From the NCBI GenBank assembly GCA_050740255.1, contig JBOICV010000176.1, forward strand, positions 3,959-67,958: a stretch of 64,000 bases of DNA, written 5' to 3'. Numbering within the stretch: position 1 is the first letter of the stretch; each line of letters starts with the position of its first letter. The DNA comes from Nevskiales bacterium. Lineage in GTDB: Bacteria; Pseudomonadota; Gammaproteobacteria; Nevskiales; JBOICV01. The notes below the pieces were generated by a model, which was not told where the DNA came from, made no database searches, and was given only the letters and a program-made list of their open reading frames with translations. A program made the position numbers and the translations under genes. Positions 48,259 through 57,004 of this stretch are shown piece by piece.

Positions 48259-49011
48259 CTTCTTCGCCGTCAGTTTGGCCACAAGCGCGTGCAGGGTTTT
48301 CTGCGCTTCTTCGCGGTAGAAAAAATCCCCCACCGAGCGCGTATCGAGTTGCGCCTGGGCGAAGGCCGCGTGCAAGTCGGCGCGCGCCACCGCCCGCATG
48401 GACAGCATGGCCTGGCGCGGCAGGGCCAGCATCCGCTGCGCCTGTGCCAGCGCCCGCGGCACGACTTCCTCAGGCGGCGCCAATTCGTTGACCAGTCCCA
48501 GACGCAGCGCCTCGGCGGCGCCAATCATTTTGCCTTCGGTCACCAGACGCTCGGCGGCGCCCGCGCCGACCAGGCGCACCAGTGCGTGATGGATGTGCGT
48601 CGGCACCATCAGACCGACTTCGACTTCATTGACGCCGATGCGAAAGTCACCCTCGGCCATTACCCGATAGTCGCAGCAGATCGACAACACCGCACCGCCT
48701 GCCGGTGAATGGCCGCTAATCGCTGCGATCACGGGAATCGGCGAACGTCCCAGCGTCTCGGTCAGCGTGAAGAACTCGGCGAGAAAGGCAGTTAACTCGG
48801 CGCGCTCGAACTTTAGCAGTGAAGGCACGTCCAGCCCGGCCGAGAAAATGCGCGGTCTGGCCGACGACAGAATGAGTGCCTGGGCGCCCTGCCCGGGAGC
48901 GGCCCTTACCGCCTCCAGCAGTCGCGCCACCAGCTCGGTGCCGAGCGCATTGACCGGCGGTCGGTTCATCCGTAGTTCCCACACCTCCCCGTGTTGAACG
49001 GTTTCCAACAT
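48256..49011 (-). CDS. enoyl-CoA hydratase/isomerase family protein
   Basis: WELRMNRPPVNALG...IFSAGLDV...ISGHSPAGG crotonase motifs. Start at ATG 49011. Confidence 0.85.
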   Translation of the reverse strand: MLETVQHGEVWELRMNRPPVNALGTELVARLLEAVRAAPGQGAQALILSSARPRIFSAGLDVPSLLKFERAELTAFLAEFFTLTETLGRSPIPVIAAISGHSPAGGAVLSICCDYRVMAEGDFRIGVNEVEVGLMVPTHIHHALVRLVGAGAAERLVTEGKMIGAAEALRLGLVNELAPPEEVVPRALAQAQRMLALPRQAMLSMRAVARADLHAAFAQAQLDTRSVGDFFYREEAQKTLHALVAKLTAKK

Positions 49012-49082
49012 GCAAGCTCTCCTGAAAGACGTCCGGCGCGCAGTATAGCCTCGGCATGAAAACTTCATGCCAGGGGGCTAGA

Positions 49083-50912
49083 ATGACCAGCAAACCCAAG
49101 GAAATTCATATGGCCGGTGATGAGGCAGGACAGAACAGCAGGCCGTTCGGTGGGCTGGCGATATTGGCCGGAATCCTGTTCGTGACGGGTGCTGTGGCCG
49201 CAGGTTTGTGGGCCTATCGCGATCAGGTGACGCCGGGCGGCACTCTTGAGGAAACGCTGGCCGTGCTGGAAGATCCCAGCGCCCAGCCCAAGCGCCGCAA
49301 ACCAAAACGTGAAACGGTGGCTGAGGAAACCGCGGCCGGGGAGCTTGGCGCGGACGCACAAGTTGCGGCCGGCGCAGAACCACCACCCGCGGCCGTACCG
49401 GCCAGCACTGGGCTTTATCCGCCGGAAGCCACGGCGGAAGCCGCCGCGCACCTGTGCTTCTTCTCGTTCAACAACCCGGTCGAATACCAGCAGTTCAAGC
49501 GCTTCATCGCCTCCATACAGCCGAATACGCCGATCAAACTCAGCGTGGCCGAGTACATCGCCAACGACGCCGATGTCGAGGACGCTTTCCTCGCGGTGCT
49601 GAACTCCGGCGTGAAATGCGACGGCGTGGTGCTGTCCGGTCACCATACCGACGAGTTTTACGGCGATCGCAGCTCCGGCGACATGGACTTCGATTTCCTC
49701 GAGGAGCAGGCCTGCAATCCGCGCCACGCGGCGTGGTTTTCACATGTGAAGGCGCTGTGGCTGCAGGGTTGCAATACCGTCAAGACCAAGATGCTCAATG
49801 ACGAGGTGGATTCGGACGAGCGCATTCACGGCTCGCCCTTGCCGATGATGACCGGCCTGATCCGCGTCAACGATCTCGAGGACGGGCTGGAAGACGCGCG
49901 TGACCTGCTGGAGGAGAATCTCAACGACGAGAATCTGGTCAACGACTATATGCGGATTTTTCCCACCGCCACGGTGTTCGGCTGGAGTTTCATGGCGCCC
50001 GGCGAGAAAGCCGGCTCGCATTACTCGATGCCTTATCACGTGGCGCAGGTGTCGCATGTGCTGAATCCCGCGGAGGAGTTTTTCGCCAATCCAATGAAGA
50101 GCGAGATTCCGGCGGCGTCCGCGCAGCATTACGCCGCGGCGCTATACGGCATGCTGACGCGCCCGGCCACTGCGGGCGCCGATCCGATTCCCGGCATGAA
50201 CGAGGACAGTTTCATCCTCGGCTGGCGGCGGCACGGCGATTTCCGTTTCAAATGGGCGCTGGACAATCCAGACCTGCGCGGCTATCACTCGCTGTTGAAC
50301 GCGGATAACGAGATCAATCGGCAGCTCAAGGGACTGAATTGCCTGCTGCAGGCGATCGACGACAAGCGAGTCAATGGCGAAAGCGTCGCGTCCGTCGCCG
50401 ATTACGCGCTCGCTCAGGAATCGCTGATACCTTTCACCAGTTACACGCTCGCCGCGCTGGCGCGGAACTCCGGCGGCAGCTTGCGCGCGCGGATGCAGGA
50501 CAACGCCACGCTAATGGGCTATCTGCAACGCGCTGCCGCGGCTGAGGGTTATCGCGGCAACGACGCCAGGAGCCTGCTGGCTTATCTGCGACCGGCGGAT
50601 GCGGATCAGGCGGTGGGCAGTGCTGCAGTATCGGAAGATGTAAGCACTGCAGCCAACGCGCCGGCCGAAGTTCCGGCGCAGCCTGCGTCGGCGGATGAAG
50701 CCGAGCCTCCGCCGGTTGATGATGCAAGCGTACCAGCGGCAGAGTCGGCTTCTGAGCCTGAGCAGGCCGCGCCGGCGCCGGTGGTAAGGCCGCCTGCCGC
50801 AAACGAGGTGAGAGCACCGCCGCGCGAGGCTACCCGCTCTGCCAAGCGCAAGCGCGTAACGCTCGCGCCGGTGCTCGGCAGCGAGGACGCCGTCTCCTAC
50901 GACGAAGATTGA
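49083..50912 (+). CDS. membrane-anchored hypothetical protein with caspase-like His/Cys arrangement and Ala/Pro/Glu-rich tail
   Basis: One TM helix (GGLAILAGILFVTGAVAAGLWAY). HLCFFSFNN strand; VVLSGHH then, 43 residues on, LWLQGCN. Start uncertain (49056, 49083 or 49110). Confidence 0.6.
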   Translation: MTSKPKEIHMAGDEAGQNSRPFGGLAILAGILFVTGAVAAGLWAYRDQVTPGGTLEETLAVLEDPSAQPKRRKPKRETVAEETAAGELGADAQVAAGAEPPPAAVPASTGLYPPEATAEAAAHLCFFSFNNPVEYQQFKRFIASIQPNTPIKLSVAEYIANDADVEDAFLAVLNSGVKCDGVVLSGHHTDEFYGDRSSGDMDFDFLEEQACNPRHAAWFSHVKALWLQGCNTVKTKMLNDEVDSDERIHGSPLPMMTGLIRVNDLEDGLEDARDLLEENLNDENLVNDYMRIFPTATVFGWSFMAPGEKAGSHYSMPYHVAQVSHVLNPAEEFFANPMKSEIPAASAQHYAAALYGMLTRPATAGADPIPGMNEDSFILGWRRHGDFRFKWALDNPDLRGYHSLLNADNEINRQLKGLNCLLQAIDDKRVNGESVASVADYALAQESLIPFTSYTLAALARNSGGSLRARMQDNATLMGYLQRAAAAEGYRGNDARSLLAYLRPADADQAVGSAAVSEDVSTAANAPAEVPAQPASADEAEPPPVDDASVPAAESASEPEQAAPAPVVRPPAANEVRAPPREATRSAKRKRVTLAPVLGSEDAVSYDED

Positions 50913-51436
50913 ATATCACCCGTGTTGCGGCCGGTTTCGGCCTGTGGTTCTCGCTCGCACTGTCTCTTGCTGTTCATGCCGCGCCGCCAATAGAAACCAA
51001 CCACGAGCCGCTGCGGGCCGATCGCGTGGTGCTGCGCAAAGCCGACCGTCTGCTGGAGCTGTACAACGGCGACGAGTTGCTGAAAAGTTACACTATCTCC
51101 CTGGGCCGCAATCCGGTCGGCCATAAGCAACAGCAGGGCGATTCGCGTACGCCGGAAGGTGAGTATGTGCTCGACTGGCGCAACCCGCGCAGCCAGTTCC
51201 ATCGCTCGCTGCACATCTCCTATCCCGACGCCGAGGACCGCGCCAGCGCCAAAAAGCGCGGCGTTGCGCCCGGGGGTGATATCTTTCTGCATGGCTCGCC
51301 CAATGGGCTCGCCGGTTCCGAGGAGCTGCTGTCCGGCATGGACTGGACTGACGGGTGCATCGCCGTGACCAATCGCGAGATCGAAGAGATCTGGCGGGCA
51401 GTGCGCGACGGCACGCCCATCACCATACTTCCCTGA
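50909..51436 (+). CDS. L,D-transpeptidase (YkuD) family protein, secreted
   Basis: Signal peptide. ...IFLHGSPNG...WTDGCIAVTN catalytic His/Cys motif. TTG start in a TTGA overlap with the upstream stop. Confidence 0.85.
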   Translation: MNITRVAAGFGLWFSLALSLAVHAAPPIETNHEPLRADRVVLRKADRLLELYNGDELLKSYTISLGRNPVGHKQQQGDSRTPEGEYVLDWRNPRSQFHRSLHISYPDAEDRASAKKRGVAPGGDIFLHGSPNGLAGSEELLSGMDWTDGCIAVTNREIEEIWRAVRDGTPITILP

Positions 51437-51466
51437 GGGTGGCCAAGCGGCTGAAATCCCCCCTCA

Positions 51467-51536
51467 CCCCCCTTTGCCAAAGGGGGGAAGTGCTTCGTTG
51501 CTGCCGGAATGTTCTGCCCCCTTTAGCAAAGGGGGC
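51467..51536. repeat. two GC-tract REP-like palindromes
   Basis: CCCCCCTTTGCCAAAGGGGGG (51467..51487) and GCCCCCTTTAGCAAAGGGGGC (51516..51536). Confidence 0.75.
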
Positions 51537-51561
51537 ACGCGCCTAGCGCGGGGGATTTTTC

Positions 51562-52884
51562 ATGCAACCGGAACGAAGGAGGGCCATTCTGGCGCTGGCG
51601 CTGCCGACCATCGGCGGCATGATGTCGCAGAACGTCCTGAACCTGATTGATACCGCGATGGTCGGCGCGCTTGGACCGGCCGCGCTGGCCGGTGTGGGTT
51701 TCGCCAGCTTCCTGAACTTCTTTGCGTTTGCCGCCATTGCCGGTCTGGCCAATGCGGTGCAGGCCATCGCCGCGCGCCGTTATGGCGAAGGCAGGTTCGA
51801 AGAAACCGCCTTGCCGCTCAACGGCGGTCTGCTGCTGGCCTTGGTCATCGGCGCGCCCTTGTCGGCGCTGCTGATTCTGACCGCGCCCTGGTACTTCCCG
51901 CTGCTCATCAATGATCCGGAAGTGGTGCGCGAAGGCTTGCCCTATCTCCAGTTGCGCCTGCTCGGCATCACCGCCATCGGCATGAACTTCGCCTTCCGCG
52001 GCTATTGGAACGCGGTCAATCAGGCGCGGGTATATATGCAGACGCTGCTGATGATGTGCGCGCTGAACATCGTGCTGAACTATCTGCTGATCTTCGGCAA
52101 GCTCGGCCTGCCGGCGCTCGGCACCACCGGCGCCGGTTTTGGCACCATGATCTCGGCCTGGCTGGGCACGGCCTATTACTTCTACCTGGCGCACCGGAAA
52201 ATCCGCTCGGGCGGATTCCTGCACCGCTGGCCCGACCGCGTGCAGATTCGCGCCTTGCTGAAACTGGGCCTGCCATCCTCCACCCAGCAGTTGTTTTTCG
52301 CCGGCGGCTTCGCGGTGATGTTCTGGATCATCGGCCAGGTCGGCACGCCGGAGCTGGCGGTCGCCAACGTGCTGGTGAACATCACCCTGGTGGCGATACT
52401 GCCCGCGCTGGGTTTTGGGCTGGCGGCGTCGTCGCTGGTCAGTCATGCGCTGGGCCGTGGCGATGCGGCGGACGCGCATCGCTGGGCCTGGGACGTGGTG
52501 AAAATCGGCGCCTTCGTGTTTATTGCACTCGGACTGCCAATGATGTTCTTCCCCAAACTCGTGCTGTCTGCATTCCTGCACGAAGCTGAATTGCTGGAGC
52601 TGGGCGAGCTGCCGCTGCAACTGGCGGGCTTCGGCATCGCGCTGGATGGCGTCGGCCTGATTCTGATGCACGCACTGCTGGGCGCCGGCGCCAGCGCCTC
52701 GGTGATGGCGGTGGCCATCATTCTGCAATGGGGTTTGTTCCTGCCCTTCGCCTGGTGGCTGGGGCCGCATCTGGGTTTTGGCCTGACCGTGATCTGGCTC
52801 GCGTTTATCGGCTACCGCGCGATTCAATCCACGCTGTTCACCCTGTTATGGGAGCGGCGCGCCTGGATGGCTATTCGGATATAA
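51562..52884 (+). CDS. MATE-family efflux transporter
   Basis: 440 aa, 12 TM. ILALALPTIGGMMSQNVLNLIDTAMVG N-terminal MATE signature. Confidence 0.9.
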   Translation: MQPERRRAILALALPTIGGMMSQNVLNLIDTAMVGALGPAALAGVGFASFLNFFAFAAIAGLANAVQAIAARRYGEGRFEETALPLNGGLLLALVIGAPLSALLILTAPWYFPLLINDPEVVREGLPYLQLRLLGITAIGMNFAFRGYWNAVNQARVYMQTLLMMCALNIVLNYLLIFGKLGLPALGTTGAGFGTMISAWLGTAYYFYLAHRKIRSGGFLHRWPDRVQIRALLKLGLPSSTQQLFFAGGFAVMFWIIGQVGTPELAVANVLVNITLVAILPALGFGLAASSLVSHALGRGDAADAHRWAWDVVKIGAFVFIALGLPMMFFPKLVLSAFLHEAELLELGELPLQLAGFGIALDGVGLILMHALLGAGASASVMAVAIILQWGLFLPFAWWLGPHLGFGLTVIWLAFIGYRAIQSTLFTLLWERRAWMAIRI

Positions 52885-52911
52885 AAAAGCCGACTTGCGT
52901 CGGCTTTTTTT
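52885..52911. terminator. bidirectional rho-independent terminator
   Basis: AAAAAGCCGAC-TTGC-GTCGGCTTTTTTT lies between the convergent MATE and desaturase genes. Confidence 0.85.
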
Positions 52912-52925
52912 GAAGATACTGCGAT

Positions 52926-54104
52926 TCACGCAGCCCGTTGCAGTTCAACGTCTTGCAGCAAACGGGTGGAAACGCTCTGCGCCAGCTTTTCGCGTGCGCG
53001 CACCACCGCCGTATCCAGCGCCGGCACGTCGGCGAACTTGCGCTTGGCGCCGGTCTTCAACTCCTCCAGCGACGGCAGGCTCGGCAGCTCGATGGACTTC
53101 AGATAAGCCTCGGCCTCCGCCACCGCGCGTTGCGCACGCAGTTTCAATTCTTCCCAGTGGTGGCTGTTGTGCCAGGCGGTCTTGACCTGTTCGACCAGCG
53201 TGTCCACCGAGAAACCCGCGGCGATATGGCCGGCGGTGCGGTCAATGATGGCGTTGGTCGGGCGCTTCTCGCTCTTGAGCACGCTCTCCGGCGGGGTCTG
53301 CACATCCCATACCAGGCCGCACTTCTCCAGCAGTTTGATCAGGTAATAAGTCACGTCATATTCGTACCAGAAAAAACCATTTCGGGCCGAACCGGGATAG
53401 TAGTGATGGTTGTTGTGCCAGCCTTCGCCCATCGCGATGATGGCCAGCAGCCAGTTATTGCGCGAGTCGTCGCCGGTCAGATAACGCTGCTTGCCGAACA
53501 CATGCGCCAGCGAGTTGATCATGAAGGTGGCGTGATACACCAGCACCGTGGACAGCACGAAGCCCACGAACAGCCCCGACCAGCCGCCGATCAGGAAGCA
53601 CACCACGCCCAGCAGAATGCCCGGCAGATACTTGTTCCTGTCGAGCCAGCGCAGTTCCGGATATTTAGCGAAATCCTGGATCAAGGACATATCCGCGTTC
53701 ATGCGCTGACGGAAGACCCAGCCCATGTGCGCGCCCCAGAAACCGTAATGGCGCGGCGAATGGGCGTCAGCGGGGGTGTCGGAATCGCGGTGATGCTCGC
53801 GGTGCTTGGCGGCCCACCACAGCGGACCGCGTTGCATGGCCATGGCGCCGCAGAGCACGATCAGAAACTGGGTAACGCGCCCCGCCTTGTAGGAGCGGTG
53901 CGAGAGCAGGCGGTGATAGCCGCCGGTGATGCCGAATACGCGCACCACATACAACACGGCGCACATCACCACGGCCTGGGTGGTGAAGCCGGTCCAGAAC
54001 ACGCCCAGCGCTGCGACGTGAAACAGGATGAAGGCGAACACGCTGGGACGAATGCTGTCGTCGTCCACCGCGGGCGCCGCCTGGGCCGATACCGTTGCCT
54101 GCAT
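52926..54104 (-). CDS. desA: Delta9-type (SCD/DesA-like) membrane fatty-acid desaturase, paralog 1
   Basis: His boxes HRLLSHRS, HREHHRDSD and GEGWHNNHH. A ~110-aa helical C-terminal extension. ATG 54104 behind GAGGAG. Confidence 0.85.
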   Translation of the reverse strand: MQATVSAQAAPAVDDDSIRPSVFAFILFHVAALGVFWTGFTTQAVVMCAVLYVVRVFGITGGYHRLLSHRSYKAGRVTQFLIVLCGAMAMQRGPLWWAAKHREHHRDSDTPADAHSPRHYGFWGAHMGWVFRQRMNADMSLIQDFAKYPELRWLDRNKYLPGILLGVVCFLIGGWSGLFVGFVLSTVLVYHATFMINSLAHVFGKQRYLTGDDSRNNWLLAIIAMGEGWHNNHHYYPGSARNGFFWYEYDVTYYLIKLLEKCGLVWDVQTPPESVLKSEKRPTNAIIDRTAGHIAAGFSVDTLVEQVKTAWHNSHHWEELKLRAQRAVAEAEAYLKSIELPSLPSLEELKTGAKRKFADVPALDTAVVRAREKLAQSVSTRLLQDVELQRAA

Positions 54105-54134
54105 TGACCTAAACTCCTCTACCGGAAGCCGCAT

Positions 54135-54172
54135 TATACACCTATATATACATTTGTCTATACACGTGTATA
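54135..54172. promoter_or_regulatory. overlapping ACA-N2-TGT-core boxes including a perfect 14-bp palindrome (putative FabR operator)
   Basis: TATACACCTATATATA (54135..54150), TATACATTTGTCTATA (54147..54162) and the perfect TATACACGTGTATA (54159..54172), all in the desA/fabR divergent promoter. Confidence 0.6.
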
Positions 54173-54212
54173 ATACGGCTGTAATAAAGCTGTATCTCGG
54201 ATAAGGATATTG

Positions 54213-54866
54213 ATGAAACCGGCTGATCTAGCCACTAGCGCAACTTCCGCCCGCAAGACCCATATCGGGCGGGAAGATTTGATTGCGGCTGCGCTGAAAC
54301 TGCTGGGCCCGCATCGCAGCGTCTCGACGCTGAGCCTGCGCGAGGTGGCACGCGCGGCCGGCATCGCCCCGAACAGCTTTTACCGGCACTTCCGCGATGT
54401 GGACGAGTTGGCGGTCGCGCTGATTGACCAGGCCGGCGCCAGCCTGCGCAAAGTCATCCGCGAGGCGCGCCTGCGCATTTCCAAGGGCGAAGGCAGCGTG
54501 ATCCGGCCTTCGGTCGAAGCCTTCATGGACCAGTTAGAGGCGGACAAAAAACTGCTGCACATCCTGATGCGTGAAGGCACGGTCGGCTCCAACGCCTTCA
54601 AGCAGGCGGTGGAGCACGAGCTGCGGCACTTTGAAGAAGAGCTGCGCGTGGACCTCATCCGCCTCTCGGCCGCCAACGGCGACCCGATTTACCGCCCGGA
54701 GCTGGTCGCACGCGCCATCACCCGCCTGACCTTCGCCGTGGGCGGCGCCGCCATGGACTTGCCGGCCGAGCAGCGCGCCCTCATCAAGGAAGACATCGTC
54801 GAGATGGTCAAAATGATCATGGCCGGCACGCAGACGCTCGCCGCCACCGAAGGTGCGCAGGCCTAG
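54213..54866 (+). CDS. fabR: TetR-family repressor FabR-like
   Basis: LSLREVARAAGIAPNSFYRHFRDVDELAVALIDQAGASLRKVIREARLRISKGEGSVIRPSVEAFM is near-collinear with E. coli FabR as I recall it. Confidence 0.82.
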   Translation: MKPADLATSATSARKTHIGREDLIAAALKLLGPHRSVSTLSLREVARAAGIAPNSFYRHFRDVDELAVALIDQAGASLRKVIREARLRISKGEGSVIRPSVEAFMDQLEADKKLLHILMREGTVGSNAFKQAVEHELRHFEEELRVDLIRLSAANGDPIYRPELVARAITRLTFAVGGAAMDLPAEQRALIKEDIVEMVKMIMAGTQTLAATEGAQA

Positions 54867-54874
54867 TTTCTGCC

Positions 54875-55013
54875 GTCATTCCCGCGCACGCGGGAATCTT
54901 ACATCGTCCCCAGAAGATACCCGCTTTCGCGGGTATGACGGAACGATCGGATACCGCCCTATCGGGCCCTCGTCATTCCCGCGCACGCGGGAATCTTGGG
55001 CCGGAATGACGGC
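54875..55013. repeat. REP-like cluster
   Basis: GTCATTCCCGCGCACGCGGGAATC occurs twice (54875..54898 and 54972..54995). ATACCCGC-TTTC-GCGGGTAT hairpin between them. CCGGAATGACGG half-unit at the end. Confidence 0.8.
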
Positions 55014-55016
55014 CTA

Positions 55017-55220
55017 TCAGGAGCCGCGCTTTCTCCGCTCCGTCACCTGCTCCCCCGCAATGCCCCAGTTGTCGGTGCTTACTTCGTCAATCACTACAAC
55101 GGTGGTGGCAGGATTCTTGTTGAGCACTTTCTGAAGCAGAGAGGTGACGCCGGCTATCAGCTCGGCCTTCTGCTCTTTAGTGGCGCCTTCATTGGTGATC
55201 TTGATATTTACGTAGGGCAT
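55017..55220 (-). CDS. 4-oxalocrotonate tautomerase family protein
   Basis: 67 aa starting MPYVNIKI (catalytic Pro1), beta-alpha-beta layout. Confidence 0.85.
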   Translation of the reverse strand: MPYVNIKITNEGATKEQKAELIAGVTSLLQKVLNKNPATTVVVIDEVSTDNWGIAGEQVTERRKRGS

Positions 55221-55260
55221 GTTTTTATCGCCTCACCGCTGCGGTTGGTCCGCATCTCGG

Positions 55261-55446
55261 CTAGAAGGGAGGGACCCCAAGATCCTTGCAGATTTTCCGA
55301 GCCAAATGATCATGAACTTCGGTGTGACGCGGAACTGCGCTCCTACGATTGAGGTTCGGGTTGTGCCACCAGGAGCGCCGACCGCCCTCGCGGAGGAGAG
55401 AGCAGCCGTGTTGCGAAAGATGCCGCAGCAGGTCGCGGCGCTTCAT
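55261..55446 (-). CDS. hicA: HicA-type mRNA interferase toxin
   Basis: 61 aa. MKRRDLLRHLSQHGCSLLREGGRRSWWHNP...VPRHTEVHDHLARKICKDLGV. Confidence 0.88.
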   Translation of the reverse strand: MKRRDLLRHLSQHGCSLLREGGRRSWWHNPNLNRRSAVPRHTEVHDHLARKICKDLGVPPF

Positions 55447-55655
55447 ACCGCGATGGGGAGTTCTTCATAGCCTTTACCCGCCGCACGGCGAGCATCTTTA
55501 CGGTTCATTTCGAGGGCCTCAGCCAACGTGACCCGGAGCGTTTCAACGAGTTCCTCGCGCGTTGACTCTTGACAGTTGACGCCCGGTACTTCCTCGATCC
55601 AGCCGATCCACCAAGGGGCCTTGTGTTTAATGACAGCGGTATAGGTCTGCTTCAT
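55443..55655 (-). CDS. hicB: HicB-type antitoxin
   Basis: MKQTYTAVIKHKAPWWIGWIEEVPGVNCQESTREELVETL.. 4-nt overlap with hicA. Start is ATG 55655 (alternatives 55664 or 55703). Confidence 0.8.
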   Translation of the reverse strand: MKQTYTAVIKHKAPWWIGWIEEVPGVNCQESTREELVETLRVTLAEALEMNRKDARRAAGKGYEELPIAV

Positions 55656-55776
55656 GACCGCCATTCTACCTTGACGACCGCCTATCCCATTATTGGGATC
55701 CAAGCAAAGTAGACGTCAAGATGACGTCCAACGTCGGACACTTATCCGATTAATCCGGTACTTCAAACACGGTAGC

Positions 55777-55814
55777 TCATAACAAAAAACCGGCTTTCGC
55801 CGGTTTTTTGTTAT
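55777..55814. terminator. bidirectional rho-independent terminator (17-bp perfect stem)
   Basis: CATAACAAAAAACCGGC-TTTC-GCCGGTTTTTTGTTATG, just downstream of the desA paralog 2 stop. Confidence 0.85.
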
Positions 55815-55825
55815 GAACATTTACC

Positions 55826-57004
55826 TTAAGCGGGCAGCTGCGCTTTCGCGTGCTCCATCAGCTTGAGCGACACCGCCTGCACCAGGCGGGCGCGGGCGCG
55901 TTCGACGGCTTCGTCGAGCGACGGCGTATTCGCGAACATCTTGCGCGCCTTCGCGCGCACTTCATCCGGGCTCGGCAGGGCGGGCAGTTCGATGGAGTGC
56001 AGATAGGTTTCTGCTTCGGCCATCGCCTGTTGCGCGCGCGCTTTGAGTTCTTCCCAATGATTGCTGTTAGCCCAGGCTTGACGTACCTGCGCCACCAGCC
56101 CGTCTACCGAGAAACCGGAAGCGATATGGCCGGCGGTCTTGTCAATGATGGCGTTGGTAGTGCGCTTCTCGCCGCTCAGCACACTCTGCGGCGGACGCTG
56201 TACTTCCCAGACGACGCCAAGTTTCTCGAACAAGCAGATCAGGTAGTAAGTCGGGTCCCACTCGTACCAGAAGAAGCCGTTGCGCGCCGAGCCGGGGTAG
56301 TAGTGGTGGTTGTTATGCCAGCCTTCACCGCCGGCGATAAAAGCCAGAAACCAGTGGTTACGCGAATCATCGCCGGTGAGATAGCGCTGTTTGCCGAGCA
56401 CGTGCGCCAGCGAGTTGATGGCGAAAGTGGAGTGGTATACGAGGATGGTCGAAAGCGTGAAGCCGGCGAACAAGCCCGGCAGGCCGTCCAGCGCAAAACA
56501 GAACAAGGCCATGAGCAGGCCGGGCGCGTACTGGTTTTCCTGCAGCCAGCGAATCTCGGGGTATTTGACGAAGTCCTGAATCAGATTCATGTCCGCCTGC
56601 AGCCGGCGCGGGCGGAAAATCCAAGTCACATGGGCGCCGAGAAAACCATAGTGGCGCGGCGAGTGGCCATCGGAGGGGGTGTCCGAATCGCGATGGTGGG
56701 CGCGGTGCTTGGCGGCCCACCACAGCACGTCGCGCTGCATGGCGGCCGTACCCCAGAAAGCCAGAAAGAACTGGAACACGCGTCCGGTCTTGAACGAGCG
56801 GTGCGAGAAGTAGCGGTGATAGCCCATGGTGATGCCGAACACGCGCAGCCAGTAGAGCGCGATGCACAGAATCACGGAAGTGGTGGTGAAGCCGGTCCAG
56901 ATTACGGCGAGCGCCGCGAGGTGAAACAGGATGAAAGGAAAGGCCGTCGGATAAAGAATATCGTCCGACAATGCCTTTTCAGCGGTGATCGTATGCGCCT
57001 GCAC
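55826..57004 (-). CDS. Delta9-type (SCD/DesA-like) membrane fatty-acid desaturase, paralog 2
   Basis: HRYFSHRS, HRAHHRDSD, GEGWHNNHH. By eye about 65-70% identical to paralog 1, including the C-terminal extension. Confidence 0.85.
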   Translation of the reverse strand: MQAHTITAEKALSDDILYPTAFPFILFHLAALAVIWTGFTTTSVILCIALYWLRVFGITMGYHRYFSHRSFKTGRVFQFFLAFWGTAAMQRDVLWWAAKHRAHHRDSDTPSDGHSPRHYGFLGAHVTWIFRPRRLQADMNLIQDFVKYPEIRWLQENQYAPGLLMALFCFALDGLPGLFAGFTLSTILVYHSTFAINSLAHVLGKQRYLTGDDSRNHWFLAFIAGGEGWHNNHHYYPGSARNGFFWYEWDPTYYLICLFEKLGVVWEVQRPPQSVLSGEKRTTNAIIDKTAGHIASGFSVDGLVAQVRQAWANSNHWEELKARAQQAMAEAETYLHSIELPALPSPDEVRAKARKMFANTPSLDEAVERARARLVQAVSLKLMEHAKAQLPA

